DNA of 64,000 nt from Ostrea edulis. Lineage: Eukaryota. The stretch lies in assembly GCF_947568905.1 (NCBI RefSeq), contig NC_079168.1, positions 8,680,001 through 8,744,000 of the forward strand. The letters run 5' to 3'. This document shows, in pieces, positions 11,612 through 25,230 of this stretch. The stretch's first letter is position 1. Each line of letters opens with the position of its first letter. The notes under the pieces are model-generated. The model made no database searches, had not been told where the DNA came from, and saw nothing but the letters and a program-made list of their open reading frames with translations. The translations under genes and the position numbers were made by a program.

Positions 11612-11851
11612 TGATAGGTGCCAGTACTGAACAGGATTCAAAATGGAATCGCACTCAATGTAGTGTAACCTTGATAGGTGCCAGTACTGAACAGGATTCA
11701 AAATGGAATCGCACTCAATGTAGTGTAACCTTGATAGGTGCCAGTACTGAACAGGATTCAAAATGGAATCGCACTCAATGTAGTGTAACCTTGATAGGTG
11801 CCAGTACTGAACAGGATTCAAAATGGAATCGCACTCAATGTAGTGTAACCT
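11612..11851. repeat. 60-bp tandem repeat x4, essentially identical copies
   Basis: tgataggtgccagtactgaacaggattcaaaatggaatcgcactcaatgtagtgtaacct repeated. Confidence 0.97.
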
Positions 11852-12279
11852 TTCTCTTCAAATCTATCTTGGGTTTTTAACTTGTGATTTCATCTAAAAC
11901 TAAAATTTTGTGTCCTTAAATTTGCATTAGAGTTTAAATTGCAATTTTTTATAAGTACACAATTACATATACATTTTATATTATCACATGAATTGATTTC
12001 ATCCTGTTTTCTGTAAACAATTCTGTAAACAAGTGTCAATAAGGTTCATTTCCTTGTAAATTGTTTAGTACCATTTCGTCTAAATTAGATAGAAATCAAT
12101 GTTAACTATGTATTACATACAGCCGAAAATAAGAGCTGTTCTCTCAGATTTGTATATTTCAAACATTTTAGAAGCTTGTACTTGTAGATTTATGGCTGAG
12201 TTAGTGGGCATTTACTTGTAAGTCCAACAGCAAACCTCACCCCTCCCCCATCCCTACGATTTGATGAAATATACATTTT

Positions 12280-12682
12280 CAGGGGTGGATCCAGGAATTG
12301 CAATTGAGTGGGGGGGGGGGGCGAACTTTATGAGGCAGGGGGTCTGGCGAAGCCCTGGTGGGGGCCCAGGGGGTGAAGCCACCGGAAGCTCCAGGATTTT
12401 ACAGATATTATAGGGCTTGAAATATGTCTCCTATATAGTCATTTTTACTATTTTCTGTCATGTTTAATAAGGTGAAATTAATAAAATGATGCAAATTTTT
12501 AGGGTTTTTGGGAAAAACACAAGTTCTCCAAATAAAAGTTATTCAAAAAATCAAAAGATTTTGTCATTTATTTCTCTGAGAGTGGAAGAAATTATTGCTT
12601 CTTTTATCGTTCACCATTTTCTAAACAAGAAATTTTAAGGAGGGGGGTGCGCGCCAGTTGCACCCCCTTAAATCTGCCACTG
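12280..12682. mobile_element. MITE (caggggtggat...aatctgccactg)
   Basis: Imperfect TIRs with ATTTT on both flanks as a possible TSD. A related end is near 63150-63165. Confidence 0.55.
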
Positions 12683-13459
12683 ATTTTGAAAGTTAGACAA
12701 AATCTTGCTTTTGAATAGATGTAATACATTAACCTGTTACGACTCAGCATAATAAAAAAATGTTAATTGACATGGTAAACATGACAATGCACTATTTGTT
12801 GCAAGGGAAGCAACTGTAGAAATGTGGGTCATTGTCTTTGTCTGCAATAATACTTGTAAAAAATCTACAAATGAGAATCAACATAATTTAAGGAAGAACT
12901 GTTTCAGGTGACAAAACACACATTTTTACTTTATCATGGTAAGTAGTTAATATTGCAGTCAATAGGATGCGTTTGTAAACATTATTGGTTGGTTTAATTA
13001 CACCTGATCTTATCGGATAAAGGGACTCATGATTCATGACTTCCGCTCAAAATCTGTTTTTCATTTTTAATGATCAAAATCTACTGTCTAATGTGTTTAA
13101 AAAGTTTCACAAAAAATTAAGATCATACATTCACAAAAGATATGGAAAAATATTTTATTTCCCAGAAAATTGCATGATGCAATGAAATAATTAAAGGCCG
13201 AAGTTTTCAACCGGTCGGTTTTCCTCAAGTAAGTTAAGTGCGGGGTGGAGCTAATTTAAGGCAGGTGTGAAGCCCCGAGCCCGAGGAAACACCGTCCCAA
13301 ATACAGGATGTTATCTGCGTTACCTGCATTACCTGTACGTTTTTGTAAGATTGAAAAATTCATGGGAGTCATTTTTCTTGTGCAAGTTAATCGAAACGTT
13401 GATAATTAAATCTAATGAATCAAACATGTAAAAATTAAAGCTCGATAAATTCATCTTAA

Positions 13460-13900
13460 TATATAAATGAGATCGAACGTTAGCCATTGAAAAATTAGGC
13501 AGAACATTCTTTATCCTAAGTTTTCTTTGTATCAATTTGACTGCCTCTGTCAGATACCTGGTATCCAACGATGGACTGTCAAACATACAGTTTCTGACGG
13601 GAGTTCCTGCGTACTGCGGTAGATTTTCTGGCTATGTACTGTTGATGTACCGATCATCGTCCCACGCCCCGTGATGAATACATGTATAAATTCCAAAACT
13701 GCTCAGAAAGTTTTATTCAGTTTGAATGAGTTTTTCTGGACAGCACACCAGAATTCTCTGGTTACCAAAGTTGTCTGTGTGACTCGTCCATAACGCATGG
13801 CCTACAAAAACAGTCAGGACATTCGGATTTTCCGACAGTTCCTTCGATAACTGGCCCAGACGAAGAGTTCGTTCTTCCTCTGGATCCTAATTCCAACCAT
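13460..13900 (-). pseudogene. Decayed Cys-rich coding fragment (ECPDCFCRPC..HRQLW*...FWNLY/HHGAWDDDRYI/ARK...)
   Basis: Protein-like motifs broken by stops and frameshifts in a CpG-rich patch. The family resemblance to uncharacterised bivalve proteins is from memory only. Confidence 0.4.
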
Positions 13901-13963
13901 TATACGCAAGAAAGAGCCCTTATCTGCTAAGTTACTTCTCTTCCGATAAGTTGACAGTTACAT

Positions 13964-14061
13964 CAATCTAATCAAAATTAGATGCCAGATCCGCTCGCGT
14001 ACTCGCATACATATGTATGCAAATACGCGAGCGGATCTAACATCTAATTTTAATTAGATTG
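13964..14061. mobile_element. 98-bp palindromic MITE with a 9-bp TSD (MULE-like)
   Basis: Two 49-bp arms with 5 mismatches and no spacer. CAGTTACAT is duplicated at 13955-13963 and 14062-14070. Confidence 0.85.
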
Positions 14062-15253
14062 CAGTTACATGCACTTTTGTCACCATGTTTCAAGGGAAAA
14101 TTACGCTTATAAATTTTCAACTGAGTGTAAACAAAATTTCATTAATGTACAATGTATTTACTCATAATTAATCTGTTTAGCATAAAATCGATGTCTGTGT
14201 AAATTATATTCTAACAATCCATAATAATTATTATCAATCGTACCCATTCCTAAGCATAACCTACTATATTCCATTATAATTGATGTAATTGTATGCAAAA
14301 TTTACTACTATTATTGTATGACTATCTCTACATGAAAATTCCCTCTCTAGTTGGATTAAGCGGTAAGCATAAAAAGATTGCACGGGTGCCTAGATCCCCA
14401 GATAAGATAGATAAGGTATACACAAAGACTAGTAACTAAATGTCTATCAATTTTTAGCATCCAATGTGAAGCTTATTTTCTTGGTCTTTAACTGAAGTAA
14501 AACACCATTGGTCAAAATTACCCAGGTGGTCAGAATTAGACCACCCTACCCTATCACAGAGGCTCATTTTAGAGAGTTTATTATTTGTTTTGTAATTTTA
14601 CAAAGTTTATTATATATCACATTTCAAGTATTCTTTTAGGTAAAATGTGTGATCTAAAAGTTAAATTTGTGACTGCAAAATTAAGAGGCTTTAAGTTCAC
14701 CATTAAATGAGTTTATTATTTTTAATGTTTAACATCAATAGTGAAAAATATTTTTTTCCATACAAGTAGGCCTATATGACCTTGACCTCTCACTTCTGTA
14801 ACTCTCTGTTTCATTCTAAAGTTACGGTCATTCAAAATCTTGCTGATGCCCATCAAATGTCAGTCATGTCGTAAACCTGGTTATCTTTGCTCTCGATAAA
14901 TTTCTGGCAATTTTGTGGGCTTAATGGTATCTTCCATTAGAATAAGCATTGTAAGAGTATATATTCTTAAAGCAATACATGTCGCAATTACCATTTCCTT
15001 ACTATAATAGTGGAATTTAATTTTATAAAAAAAAATCTTAATCCATGTAACAGTGTTAACTGTATTTATGAAAGTCAATCTTACTATAGAAAGATACATT
15101 TATACATTACATTGAATTTCATATCAATATGCTGAAAGTAAAGCCTAAAATATCCAAATAAAGGGATATAACTGTTGTAAGGTAGAAGAGGATCGATTTA
15201 CATAAGCTACATCAGCAAATATTACAGCAGTAATTCTGTGCAAATGACCAGTA

Positions 15254-15588
15254 TAGATGGTTTTCGTATGACGTATTTTGACCCCGAGTTATTCCCCTTG
15301 GCCGCCATCTTGTAGGTCAAACTGGTGGATTTTCCTCTTTGGGCAATCAATTTCAAACATGTAAAGCAGAAATATATGGGGGAAAATCTTTGCAATACTG
15401 CAATTATGAAGTAAAAGATGCATTAACAAATGTATATTATTAAGAAAAACAGTTTATCTCCACCTCAGTGACCAGAACAACAAGGCTGATTTTGGTTGAA
15501 TAATGAAGGAATCCGGGCATGTTAACCTACAATATGGCGGCCAATGGGAAATAACTCTTGCTTAATCGTTTCGATGGGAAACCATCTA
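15254..15588. mobile_element. MITE with terminal and subterminal inverted repeats, TA-flanked
   Basis: tagatggttt...aaaccatcta, with inner gagttattcccc-ttggccgccat and atggcggccaa-tgggaaataactc. Confidence 0.7.
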
Positions 15589-16124
15589 TAAAGTGGGTCA
15601 ACTGCAATAAAATTCAACCTTGTTACCAATAGTTGGTTTTCTTTTAATTTCAAAGCATCATGGGGGGAAAAAATAAAGAAAATTAAGTAGTGCAAAGGGC
15701 TTTAACTCTTGCACAAGTAATAAACTAGGATGAAAGTAGAATTAGAATTTTTTTAATGATTTAAGCAGGTTATAGTGGTACAAGACAAAGTCTTCTGGTG
15801 ATTCTGCCATCCTACAAATATTTTAAACATGAGTCTGAAAATATTCAAGATAGATAACAATATGACCCAGAAAAGTTATTCACCAAGCTGAAGAGGAAGT
15901 GGCGGGAGAGGAGGGGGGTGGGTGGGTGGAGGGGGAGAGAAGCTGAAGAGAAAAAAGAAATTGGACTATATAAATATAGCCCTTCATTAAAAGGAAAAGA
16001 ATAAATACGGTACATTCGACTCAATATCTGTTTGATATTTTACATCAACTGTATCCTGACACTATGGAACAATTCAGAATGAGTGGTAATTTATTAAATA
16101 AACAAGTAAAAACTACTCTGTATA

Positions 16125-16650
16125 AGGGACTTTATCAGACTTTAATAAGTAAATATTGCCCTGTATGAGGGATATATCTACCACTAGATATCGTGATATG
16201 TCAGACTTTAAAAAGTAAATATTGCTATCATGATATGTCAGACTTTAATAAGTAAATATTGCCCTGTATAAGGGATATATCTACCACTAAATATTGTGAT
16301 ATGTCAGACTTTAATAAGTAAATATTGCCTTGTATAAGGGATATATCTACCACTAGATATCGTGATATGTCAGACTTTAATAAGTAAATATTGCCCTGTA
16401 TAAGGGATATATCTACCACTAGATATTGTGATATGTCAGACTTTAATAAGTAAATATTGCCTTGTGTAAGGGATACATGTATATCTACCACTAGATATCG
16501 TGATATGTCAGACTTTAAAAAGTATAAATATTGCCCTGTATAAGGGATATGTCTACCACTAGATATCGTGATATGTCAGACTTTAATAAGTATAAATATT
16601 GCCCTGTAAGGGCTATATCTACCACTAGATATCGTGATTGTCAGACTTTT
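16125..16650. repeat. 66-bp minisatellite, about 8 copies
   Basis: Visible copies. The 22-aa periodicity of ORF 16228-16491 confirms the unit length. Confidence 0.95.
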
Positions 16651-16930
16651 AACTGCTGTTTGACAGATGTATTGCAATAGCACATAACAGAAAGATAAAA
16701 CATGTCCAATCACCAGCATAGAATATTACATCACATGATGTGATCTCACTCCAGTGACTGATCAATAGACGTCAATTGCCTTATCAATCACCATTAGATA
16801 TCTGTCCATAATCAACTTGTCATTCCCATCCTCCAAAGACTCTTCAACACAAAAAAAAGCCAAATCCTTACACTATACAAACAAGATGTACAAATTGTTG
16901 AGTTAGAAAAATGTTTACCCTGTTATTTAA

Positions 16931-17255
16931 GGAGGAATGACACCCCAGAGAAATCTGATATGGATGGAAAATGGAGGATATGTACAATAATAAGCGGAGG
17001 CATTTTGAAATTGAAAAGTTTAAAATTTACCTTATTTCATCAAATAATGCAGTTTTAGTAGAAAGAAATCAAAAAAAAATAATAAAAAATGAAACCCTTG
17101 CTATACATTCTAATGCATGCATGGTCGACAGATCAGCAGTAAACCTGCTGTACCTTGCTAGGCTATTAGAAGGAAATATACAAGTATTGCTGATATCTAT
17201 ATTTTCATTTAAGTTTTAAAATAAGTCAGCCATTACAAAGATGTAATATTCCTCC
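16931..17255. mobile_element. Kolobok-like MITE (TTAA|GGAGGAAT...ATTCCTCC|TTAA)
   Basis: TTAA TSD with TIRs starting RR. Related copies at about 41155-41450 (same orientation) and 51913-52230 (opposite). Confidence 0.7.
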
Positions 17256-18859
17256 TTAAGTTTAGACGAAAAGTGGAAGGCCAATCATTTATAAGTGTCT
17301 CTTTTGATAAACATGGTCTGAAAAAATTAAGATCCGCGTGGAGTGAAATAATTGTTTTAAAGATCAGTAGATTCTACATAAAATGGCTCCTTTGTTATTT
17401 TGAATCTCGTACTTCCTTGAACATTGTAACATGCTATAAATGATGCACCATTTTTGTAACATGTCTAAGGTCTAATCTTTAAGACGCGGACGAATTGTAG
17501 GTTAGAAACACCTCAAAAGATAAACGTCTTGGTCCTCTTTAACAATTTCATCAAGGTTACATAAAATGTGCATACACAAATCTGTCATTTGTGCTATGAC
17601 AAAGATATCCAAGCTCTTACTATATGTTGAAGTTTCAAAAGGCTACAATTATCATGTTTACAACTCATATGCCTCGTGAATGTTTGTCTTTTAATTGCAC
17701 TGCCAGTACTTAGTCACTCCAGACGTTCTACTTGAGAGTTTTGAGACCCACTTTGAAATACTAAAATTTAAAGATTTCATCATTAAAGATTGCATCATTT
17801 TTTAATACTTAGTTTTCTGTCCCTTCAGGGAGGGGTGTGTATATAGTGTTAGTGAGAGTGTGTACCGTAGAGGGTAAGGGAGCATGTACATGCAGGGTGT
17901 AGCCCGGCTGACCGCTACAAGGGTAAGGGAGGGGGCTAAACATGTCCTAAATTACCTACCTCCTTTCCAGCTTTTGTTGGATTTATATGGTACATGTATT
18001 TATAAACGAAATCTCGCTCTGTCTACACTGAATAGAACTTATTTATAGCAGGAAGTCAGAAAAAGGAAAATTGCCAAGAGTTTAAGGATTCTACATTGTC
18101 TACCATAATTTTGGCAATTGCTAGAATTCATCAAACCAGGGGATTTTTTTCCTCGTATATACCAAATGGATTTGGCAAATTATTCCAAGAATTAATGGTA
18201 AAACAGGAAGAAAAAAATTTCCGGATAATGTCTATATTTTCCTGCATAAAGGGAGATGGCAGTATATATTCCTTCATACGATATTATCGTGGGAATCAAC
18301 ATATCAAACTGTCAATTAGCCATTAGAGGCCATCATTCAATATCTGTCCCTATCATTATTGACCAGAGGTCTGAATCCATGTCTTCACAGATATTATGAA
18401 GACAGCAGTTTATATCAATATGATGGGCATGGGAATTGAAATGAACACCCCTCTTCCTACCCCCCGCTGTGTGTTTGCATTGATCTGTTATGTAAGAATC
18501 TTCTCCTAGTTCTTATACCAACATTAAGATGTATATGTACTTTGATCCATCTAACTCTTACTTGTGATGTTCTACACATGCTACCTGACAGTATATTACA
18601 TAGAGAAAACAATAATAATTTAAAAGAAGCACACAGGCCATTAACACTCACCTGGGCCATCCTGCTTTATTACAGACTCTGAGACAGCTAGAGGTCAAAC
18701 AATAAGCTGAGACTCATTACTATAATGAATGTATGCTACACTTAGATGTCTAAATGCAATTGTTTGATACTATTAAAAATCTTTGCACTAATTATAAACA
18801 TCCAGAAGACTGCTGAAGTTTGGTGCCTCAAAATGAAAAGAAGATGTGTTTGTGAAATA

Positions 18860-19092
18860 CTGATACCCCCAGATTACAACAAAGTGGAACCAGGTCAAAG
18901 GTCAATGTTACAAGGTCAAAGGATTTGGTATCAATGGAAATTCCTTGCCAGAAGAAATACATATACCAAATATGAAAGCTCTACCTCTTATGGTGTAAAA
19001 GATGACCTTTGAAGGTTAAGTTTTTTGTCACACACAGACAGACAGGCCAAAAACTATATGCCTCCAAATCTTTGATTCTGGGGGCATAAAAA
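18860..19092 (+). mobile_element. HINE-like 3' fragment
   Basis: caaggtca and gaccttt motifs, (acag)n, and a terminal atgcc...ggcataaaaa hairpin. The 5' boundary is uncertain. Confidence 0.5.
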
Positions 19093-22000
19093 TTATCCAT
19101 AACTTCCTTGAATGTTAAAAAAACTCGATCAAATTAGCAGGTGCACAACTTCATTATTCATATAAAATATCAACAAACTGTTCATTGGTATTTAGTGTAT
19201 CTTTTGACGCAGTTGGAGCTGATGCACAATTTGGTGTAATCATGATTCAGCACTTTTCCTTTGTATGATAATGGACAAATAGAGAATACAATTTTTCAGC
19301 ATCTATAAATTAGCGCTCTTGCTTCACCGCTAAAACTTCAATCCAGCTGATATACTCAGCACAACTTATGTCTACGGACGGACGAACGGACAGACAGGGT
19401 GATTCCAGTATAACCTTTTTCCTAAACCTTTTGGGGGTATAATTTAGCCATTATATATGAGAAGTGAGAGCACAGTGTATAGAGTATACAGAAAATGTTA
19501 ATCTAGAGTATTTATCATCATACCCCTCATCTAATCACTCTCTACATATACAAGACCTCATAAAGGTAGGTCATCTCCACCAATCTATGAAAATTCAATC
19601 CCATTATTTAGACAATTTTAGATATACATCCAGATTAATTTCTGTGTGCCATTTATTTAATTAATTGGATACACTTTAATTGTGGGTCGAAGAACAACAT
19701 TTTTTGTGAGTCAAACAAATTCATTCTCTATACAATCTTCGAAATTCATGGTAAATATCAATACTTTGTTTCCCATCATATTCAGAATTTCTCTTATCGA
19801 CTTTTGGGGCATTTCAAAAAATACTTTTCAGTATCAGCCAATCTTTATCAATATCAGAATAGATGTGCAATGATCCTCCAATCAGATTTGGGGTGTATCA
19901 TGACCCTTTTAGAGGATGCTCTTAAATTTTCATGTTATATTTAATGAATTTCAAAGGAAAATCTAGTTGAATATAAATCCAACCTAAGTTTTCACAGGCT
20001 AGCAATACAAAGACCCTCAAAAGACCAGTGAAAATTCCAAATATCAAACATAATACATTTAACACAAGCAACAACTGTTATTTGACAAATTGAATATTAA
20101 ATGTGCATATAAATGGTGATTAGACTGCCCAATTTGTGTTATTTGCACAATAAAAGAACTTACATTTAAAAAATAAAAAACACCAAAAAACCCCAACCAT
20201 TTAGCAGTAAGATCAAAAGTTCCATGTTTGAGAGAAAAAACTTTAACATTACAGAAGGTTTTCATCTAGCCCCCCCCCCCTTCTTAAAACTAAATATGAT
20301 GAATGTTGATCCAATTATTGATAATCATGTACTATATGTAACACTCTATATACCTTTTCTACAGTTCATCCACAAATGAAAGTGTAAATGTCATCTTTAA
20401 GTGATGTTAAAAAAGGTTAATGTTTCCAATCTTTCATTCATGTAATCATCAATGGCAGACAAGAGAAACTAATGGGAGTTTCTACCCCCCCCCCCTCCCC
20501 AAACAATTTACTTTTTTTAAATCCAACATCAATCTTTCAATGCTTATTTGCAATTTGATATTTTCTCCATAAAATGCTTTTAAAATAATATTTTGAAATT
20601 TTCTGCTCATAATTGTCTCGGGTCCAGTTTTGACCCATTCTGTTATATGAAGAAACTCTTGTCTATGCAGAATTAACTCCCTGTTTTCTCCATTTGAGAG
20701 GTGGGGCAGAGGAAAGAGAACTTTTATTTTCATAATGTAAAATACAACATAAAGCCTACAATACACTGGATATTAAATACATTGGCATGTACAGATTTGT
20801 TCTTGACCTTTACTGACACAAATCTTAAATAATTAGGTCCCTACACCTTCACAGTTTTTAGGATTTAATCCTCCTAATTATAAGTTGTTCAAATTTAAGG
20901 CTTAGAATTTATACAATCAACCTAAGTGAAATAATTCACATGTCAAGGGGATTATCTTTTTTCTACAGTAGTTTGTATTCCAATTTTTTTTTAATATTTG
21001 GAGCAAATACATGTATATACTATTGTATTGTTAAATTACGACCAAAACTGAATAGATTAGCTCAAACTTGATGGAGCTAATATATACATGTACACCATAT
21101 TGTTAAAATATAGTACTACCATTACAGATTATATATATATATATTAGGAACATTCTTTTTTTTTTATTGCTAAATCAGATGGCATCACACGAGAGTAGGG
21201 AAACCTCACACGTGACATCTACGGAGCATTACGATATTGTAGAATTCTATGATAGATTAGTGCTGGGAGGTTAATGTTTCAGTCGCGGGAATTACATGTA
21301 TCACAGGTCCCGTTCCATTGACAACCTCAGTGTTGAATCCACAGATAATGGATTGAGCCTTTCAGACTGCATGTGTAATAAAACAAACAGTTCCTGCCAT
21401 TTTACTAGCTAATATGAGCAATTTTCTGTAAACTTTACAAGATATCTATCTTCACATTGACATGTTTTCCCCCTTAATTTGTTGTACCACACAATTAACT
21501 CATCAACTCTAAAATCTGTTTCACCGAATTTATAAACATCCTGCAGTTCAGAGATTTATTTCATATCAAAAAATTTAAAAGGTGTTTCTTGTTTCCATCG
21601 AAAAAAAGGGACACCCCTCCCATAACAAATTACTCATTTTAAAGAACTGCTTCAGGTGACCTAAGAAATTCTGTGCATACATGCATTTGATGATCGACCT
21701 TCATGATCATTTATGTATTTACCGTGTATATCTTTACATTAATGGCCATATCACCATATAAGAATACATATATACCTAGATTGTACAATACTCATTGTAT
21801 TTTTCTTTTTCTTTAATTACATAACAGCTATTACATTATCTTGCCTTTGAGTAATCTCGTCAGAGATTTATGGAGACAGCTGAGCGTCTGGTTGAACGAG
21901 ACTAAGCCTTTGAGTAAGAGCGAACATATCTGACAACACTGCTACCTATAATGCGTCATATTTTCAATTACAAGACAATCCTTTTTGTCATATAAAGATG

Positions 22001-22994
22001 TGCTGTGTAGGCCAAAGATACGTTTTTTCGAAACAGTTAATTGTAAATCAAATTTAAAACATGTTACAGGAAAGTGTATAATTTGAAAGATTTTAATTAA
22101 ATTCTATTGTAATATGTTATGACCTGCTTCAATATTTTTAAAATCATATATTTTCATTTCTATATGTGTATATTGTTAGAAAACTAGTACAAAATAAAGA
22201 AATTAAAATACTGATTAAGTGATTTTGAAAATCTCCTAAGTTTGACAGAAATGAATATCCAAGTAAATATTGAAATCAATTGATTAAACATTCAATTAAT
22301 TTTCTGCATGCATCATTATTCCATCCAGTCCTTTGAAATTATGAACGTTGATCAGCCCAGCTTCAGTTTCATCCTCAAATAGTCCTCGTTCATTGACAAA
22401 CCATTTCACCTTTAATTCCAAATGACTTTTTCGTGTATTCCATCCTATCAATTAGGATAATTACACTGAAAGCCCAGTTTCTCATTAGTCAATAATTCAC
22501 CAGAACATTAATATAGACCTATTCATATACCATTAACTTCCAGTACTAATTCAACAGTATTGGAAACTTGGTAAAATCATGCTCTTGAATATCATATTTT
22601 ATTATATATTTAAATACATCAAACTGATTTTATGATGATTAATTTGGGAATACGTATAATATATGATGTATGCCAATTAAATCTTGAACACCAGGTTGCT
22701 CAAACAAAATAATGAACTCTTTCTTGAAAATTTAAAAAATGTGGTAAAAGACCTACATTTAAATATAAAATATGTATCTAAAAACGTCTGAAAGTTGTGC
22801 AATCACTCTTCATTAAAATGTAGGTCATCTTATGGGGCCAATTTAGGCTGTTTTAAATACCATATACGTGACTTCCATGAGAAAATTAAGAGTTAAATTC
22901 TAAAAATCCTTGTTATTTTATTCATTCATCTAAATGATTCTTCTCGAATGTTTAGTAAATTAAACAAGTATATTCCATGCTAATGTAAAATGTA

Positions 22995-23228
22995 TACTCC
23001 CAGTGTATGTGTTAATTAATAAGCTTGTTTTTTACTCCCAGTGTATGTGTTAATTAATAAGCTTGTTTTTTACTCCCAGTGTATGTGTTAATTAATAAGC
23101 TTGTTTTTTACTCCCAGTGTATGTGTTAATTAATAAGCTTGTTTTTTACTACCAGTGTATATGTTAATTAATAAGCTTGTTTTTTACTCCCAGTGTATGT
23201 GTTAATTAATAAGCTTGTTTTTTAAGAA
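22995..23228. repeat. 39-bp minisatellite x6
   Basis: tactcccagtgtatgtgttaattaataagcttgtttttt, about 100 nt downstream of the candidate 23326 donor. Confidence 0.95.
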
Positions 23229-23325
23229 AGCAATCTAGAACAATGACCAGTGGCCATAAATTAAAATAAAACATGAAGGTATCAATTTTACTGATTTTTA
23301 AAATGCAGTTTCGGGAGATCCTTAC

Positions 23326-23426
23326 CTTTTCAGCAGAAGCATACACAAAATGTCATCTTCGTTAATTTGTGCAAGAGTCAGGGTAGAAAAGCTACAACTA
23401 ATTGTAGAACGGATCAAGTGCTCCAT
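23326..23426 (-). CDS. Candidate alternative first or cassette coding exon of Epac (MEHLIRSTISCSFSTLTLAQINEDDILCMLLLK-R)
   Basis: ATG at 23424-23426 is open to a strong donor AAAAG|gtaagg in phase 2, matching the acceptor at 8345. The C-terminal part aligns with [20 protein letters not shown] of exon 40450-40633. Confidence 0.6.
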
Positions 23427-25230
23427 TTCCAAAAACACACATACAGAAACTTCCTTATTGAAGTCAGTGTATTTATAAAGGCTTCAAAACAATATCCAAG
23501 TTTATTGAATTTTGTCTATACATCATATACACCATCTTAATCCAGAGATACGTTCCTTCAATAAATCACACACACGTGGATTTACACAGCAAACAGATTT
23601 AAACTCTCCAGGAGTGTTGCATACTTTCACTTTTTAAATTCTCCCACTGTAATGAAACGTTGGATCTGTTTTTCACATCACTCAGTGACAAATTAATATA
23701 TATATATATATGTCGTTCTTGCATTATGCCATCACTCATCACATGGAATACATTCCGCATTCCATAACCATGCATAAAACATTTCTCCCCCCTTTTATCA
23801 AATAATCAATTTTGAACAACTTTACATAAAGGACAAGTTCCACTTGATATTTTTTTCTTCTCCAATATATACAATAGAAATTGACAACGATAGCAGAAAA
23901 TGGGGTCACATATGTATAGTGCAGATGGAAGTTTAGATAGCCCAAGGTAACTCAAAGCAATTCACCTGTAACAGACTTCTCAGTCTTCCCATGCTCATAT
24001 TGTTTAATAGAAATATTGAAAATCTGTAACATCTGTAAACAAAAGGGAAACACTTATGGTAAATTCCCCTATAAACAATTTTCAAATTGTAGCTCTGAAA
24101 TCCCAGTGTCTCATAAAATTCATCCAAAACGACTGATAGTCCAATCATTCATAGCTATCAATTTAGGCTTTTGACGGGACAATTTAGCGTCTGATCATTT
24201 ATATACAAGTATCCATCCCCGTCATCTTAATATTGATTAAGCAAGCACATTTTCATGTATCATCAAACATGCGGCCTTATCAGATCCAGGATGTAAATTT
24301 TGGACAGAAGATATAAAGGAAAATTAGGCAGGATTAATTATCTTACCTGAAACCCTACTATTGGTCAAACCCTATCTGTTAATGTGTAGGAACTTCCAGC
24401 ATCATAATTTTCTGTCTTTTGAAAGGTCTGATTGATCGGGACTATCGTTTTCCTAATGAATTTTTTTTATGGAATGAGAAAGATTAGGCTAAATAGAAAT
24501 TCCACAATGATTTCTATGGCACTTGCATTATAACATCTAATATATTGTAAGATGTGTACTTATTTTAGAGGGATCTTCGGTGCTGAAGGAAGAGTGCTTA
24601 GCCTAATTCATAGAGTACTTTATTAAGTCCATTATCATACAAAACAGAACTGCTCATTCATGATTATGCCAAATTGTGCATCAGTCATCTCTGATTGCGC
24701 TAAATTTTGAATACATTGAAAAGAGTTAGATAAAGAAAGACAACATTTTGGTGATGTTTTTAAACCTTATAAGAGCCCTATCCTATTTGTTTCTGGGAAT
24801 GTTTGATCTTAATCTGTTCTCTACACTCAGTTTTATATAATCATGGATCAAAACCCTCAACAGTATAAAAAAAACTCACTCCCCTTCAGGAAATGCACCC
24901 CCCCCCCCTTAATACTGTGGTTACAGGCTACACCTGAATACTATTGGCTTCACTAGAAAGGACTTCCCTCTAAACACCATGGTTACAGGCCGCGCACCTG
25001 AATCCTATTGGCCTCACTATAAACCTTGGACTTCCCTCTAAATACCATGGTTACTGGCAACACCTAAATCCTATTGGCCTCACTAGAAACCTTATTTAGG
25101 CTTTCCCCCACTGTGACCCTACACATACCCAAACCTTGCAACTACATGAGGACACACATTATTTTCACAAACTGTTAACAAGATGTTAATGCCTATAAGA
25201 AATAAAGATTGCTTTTTCATGTATATTGCA

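Noticed and set aside
11612-11851. Regular repeats as a CRISPR array
   Set aside because: No unique spacers, no cas genes, and a eukaryotic intron context.
22285-22445. Short protein-like minus-strand frame (WNTRKSHLELKVKWFVNERGLFEDE...)
   Set aside because: No donor before the stop, no start codon at its beginning, and no recognisable homology.
24340-24360. tttcag|gtaaga as a recursive splice site or exon in the long intron
   Set aside because: No real pyrimidine tract and stops in all three upstream frames. It could be a non-coding exon end, but nothing supports that.
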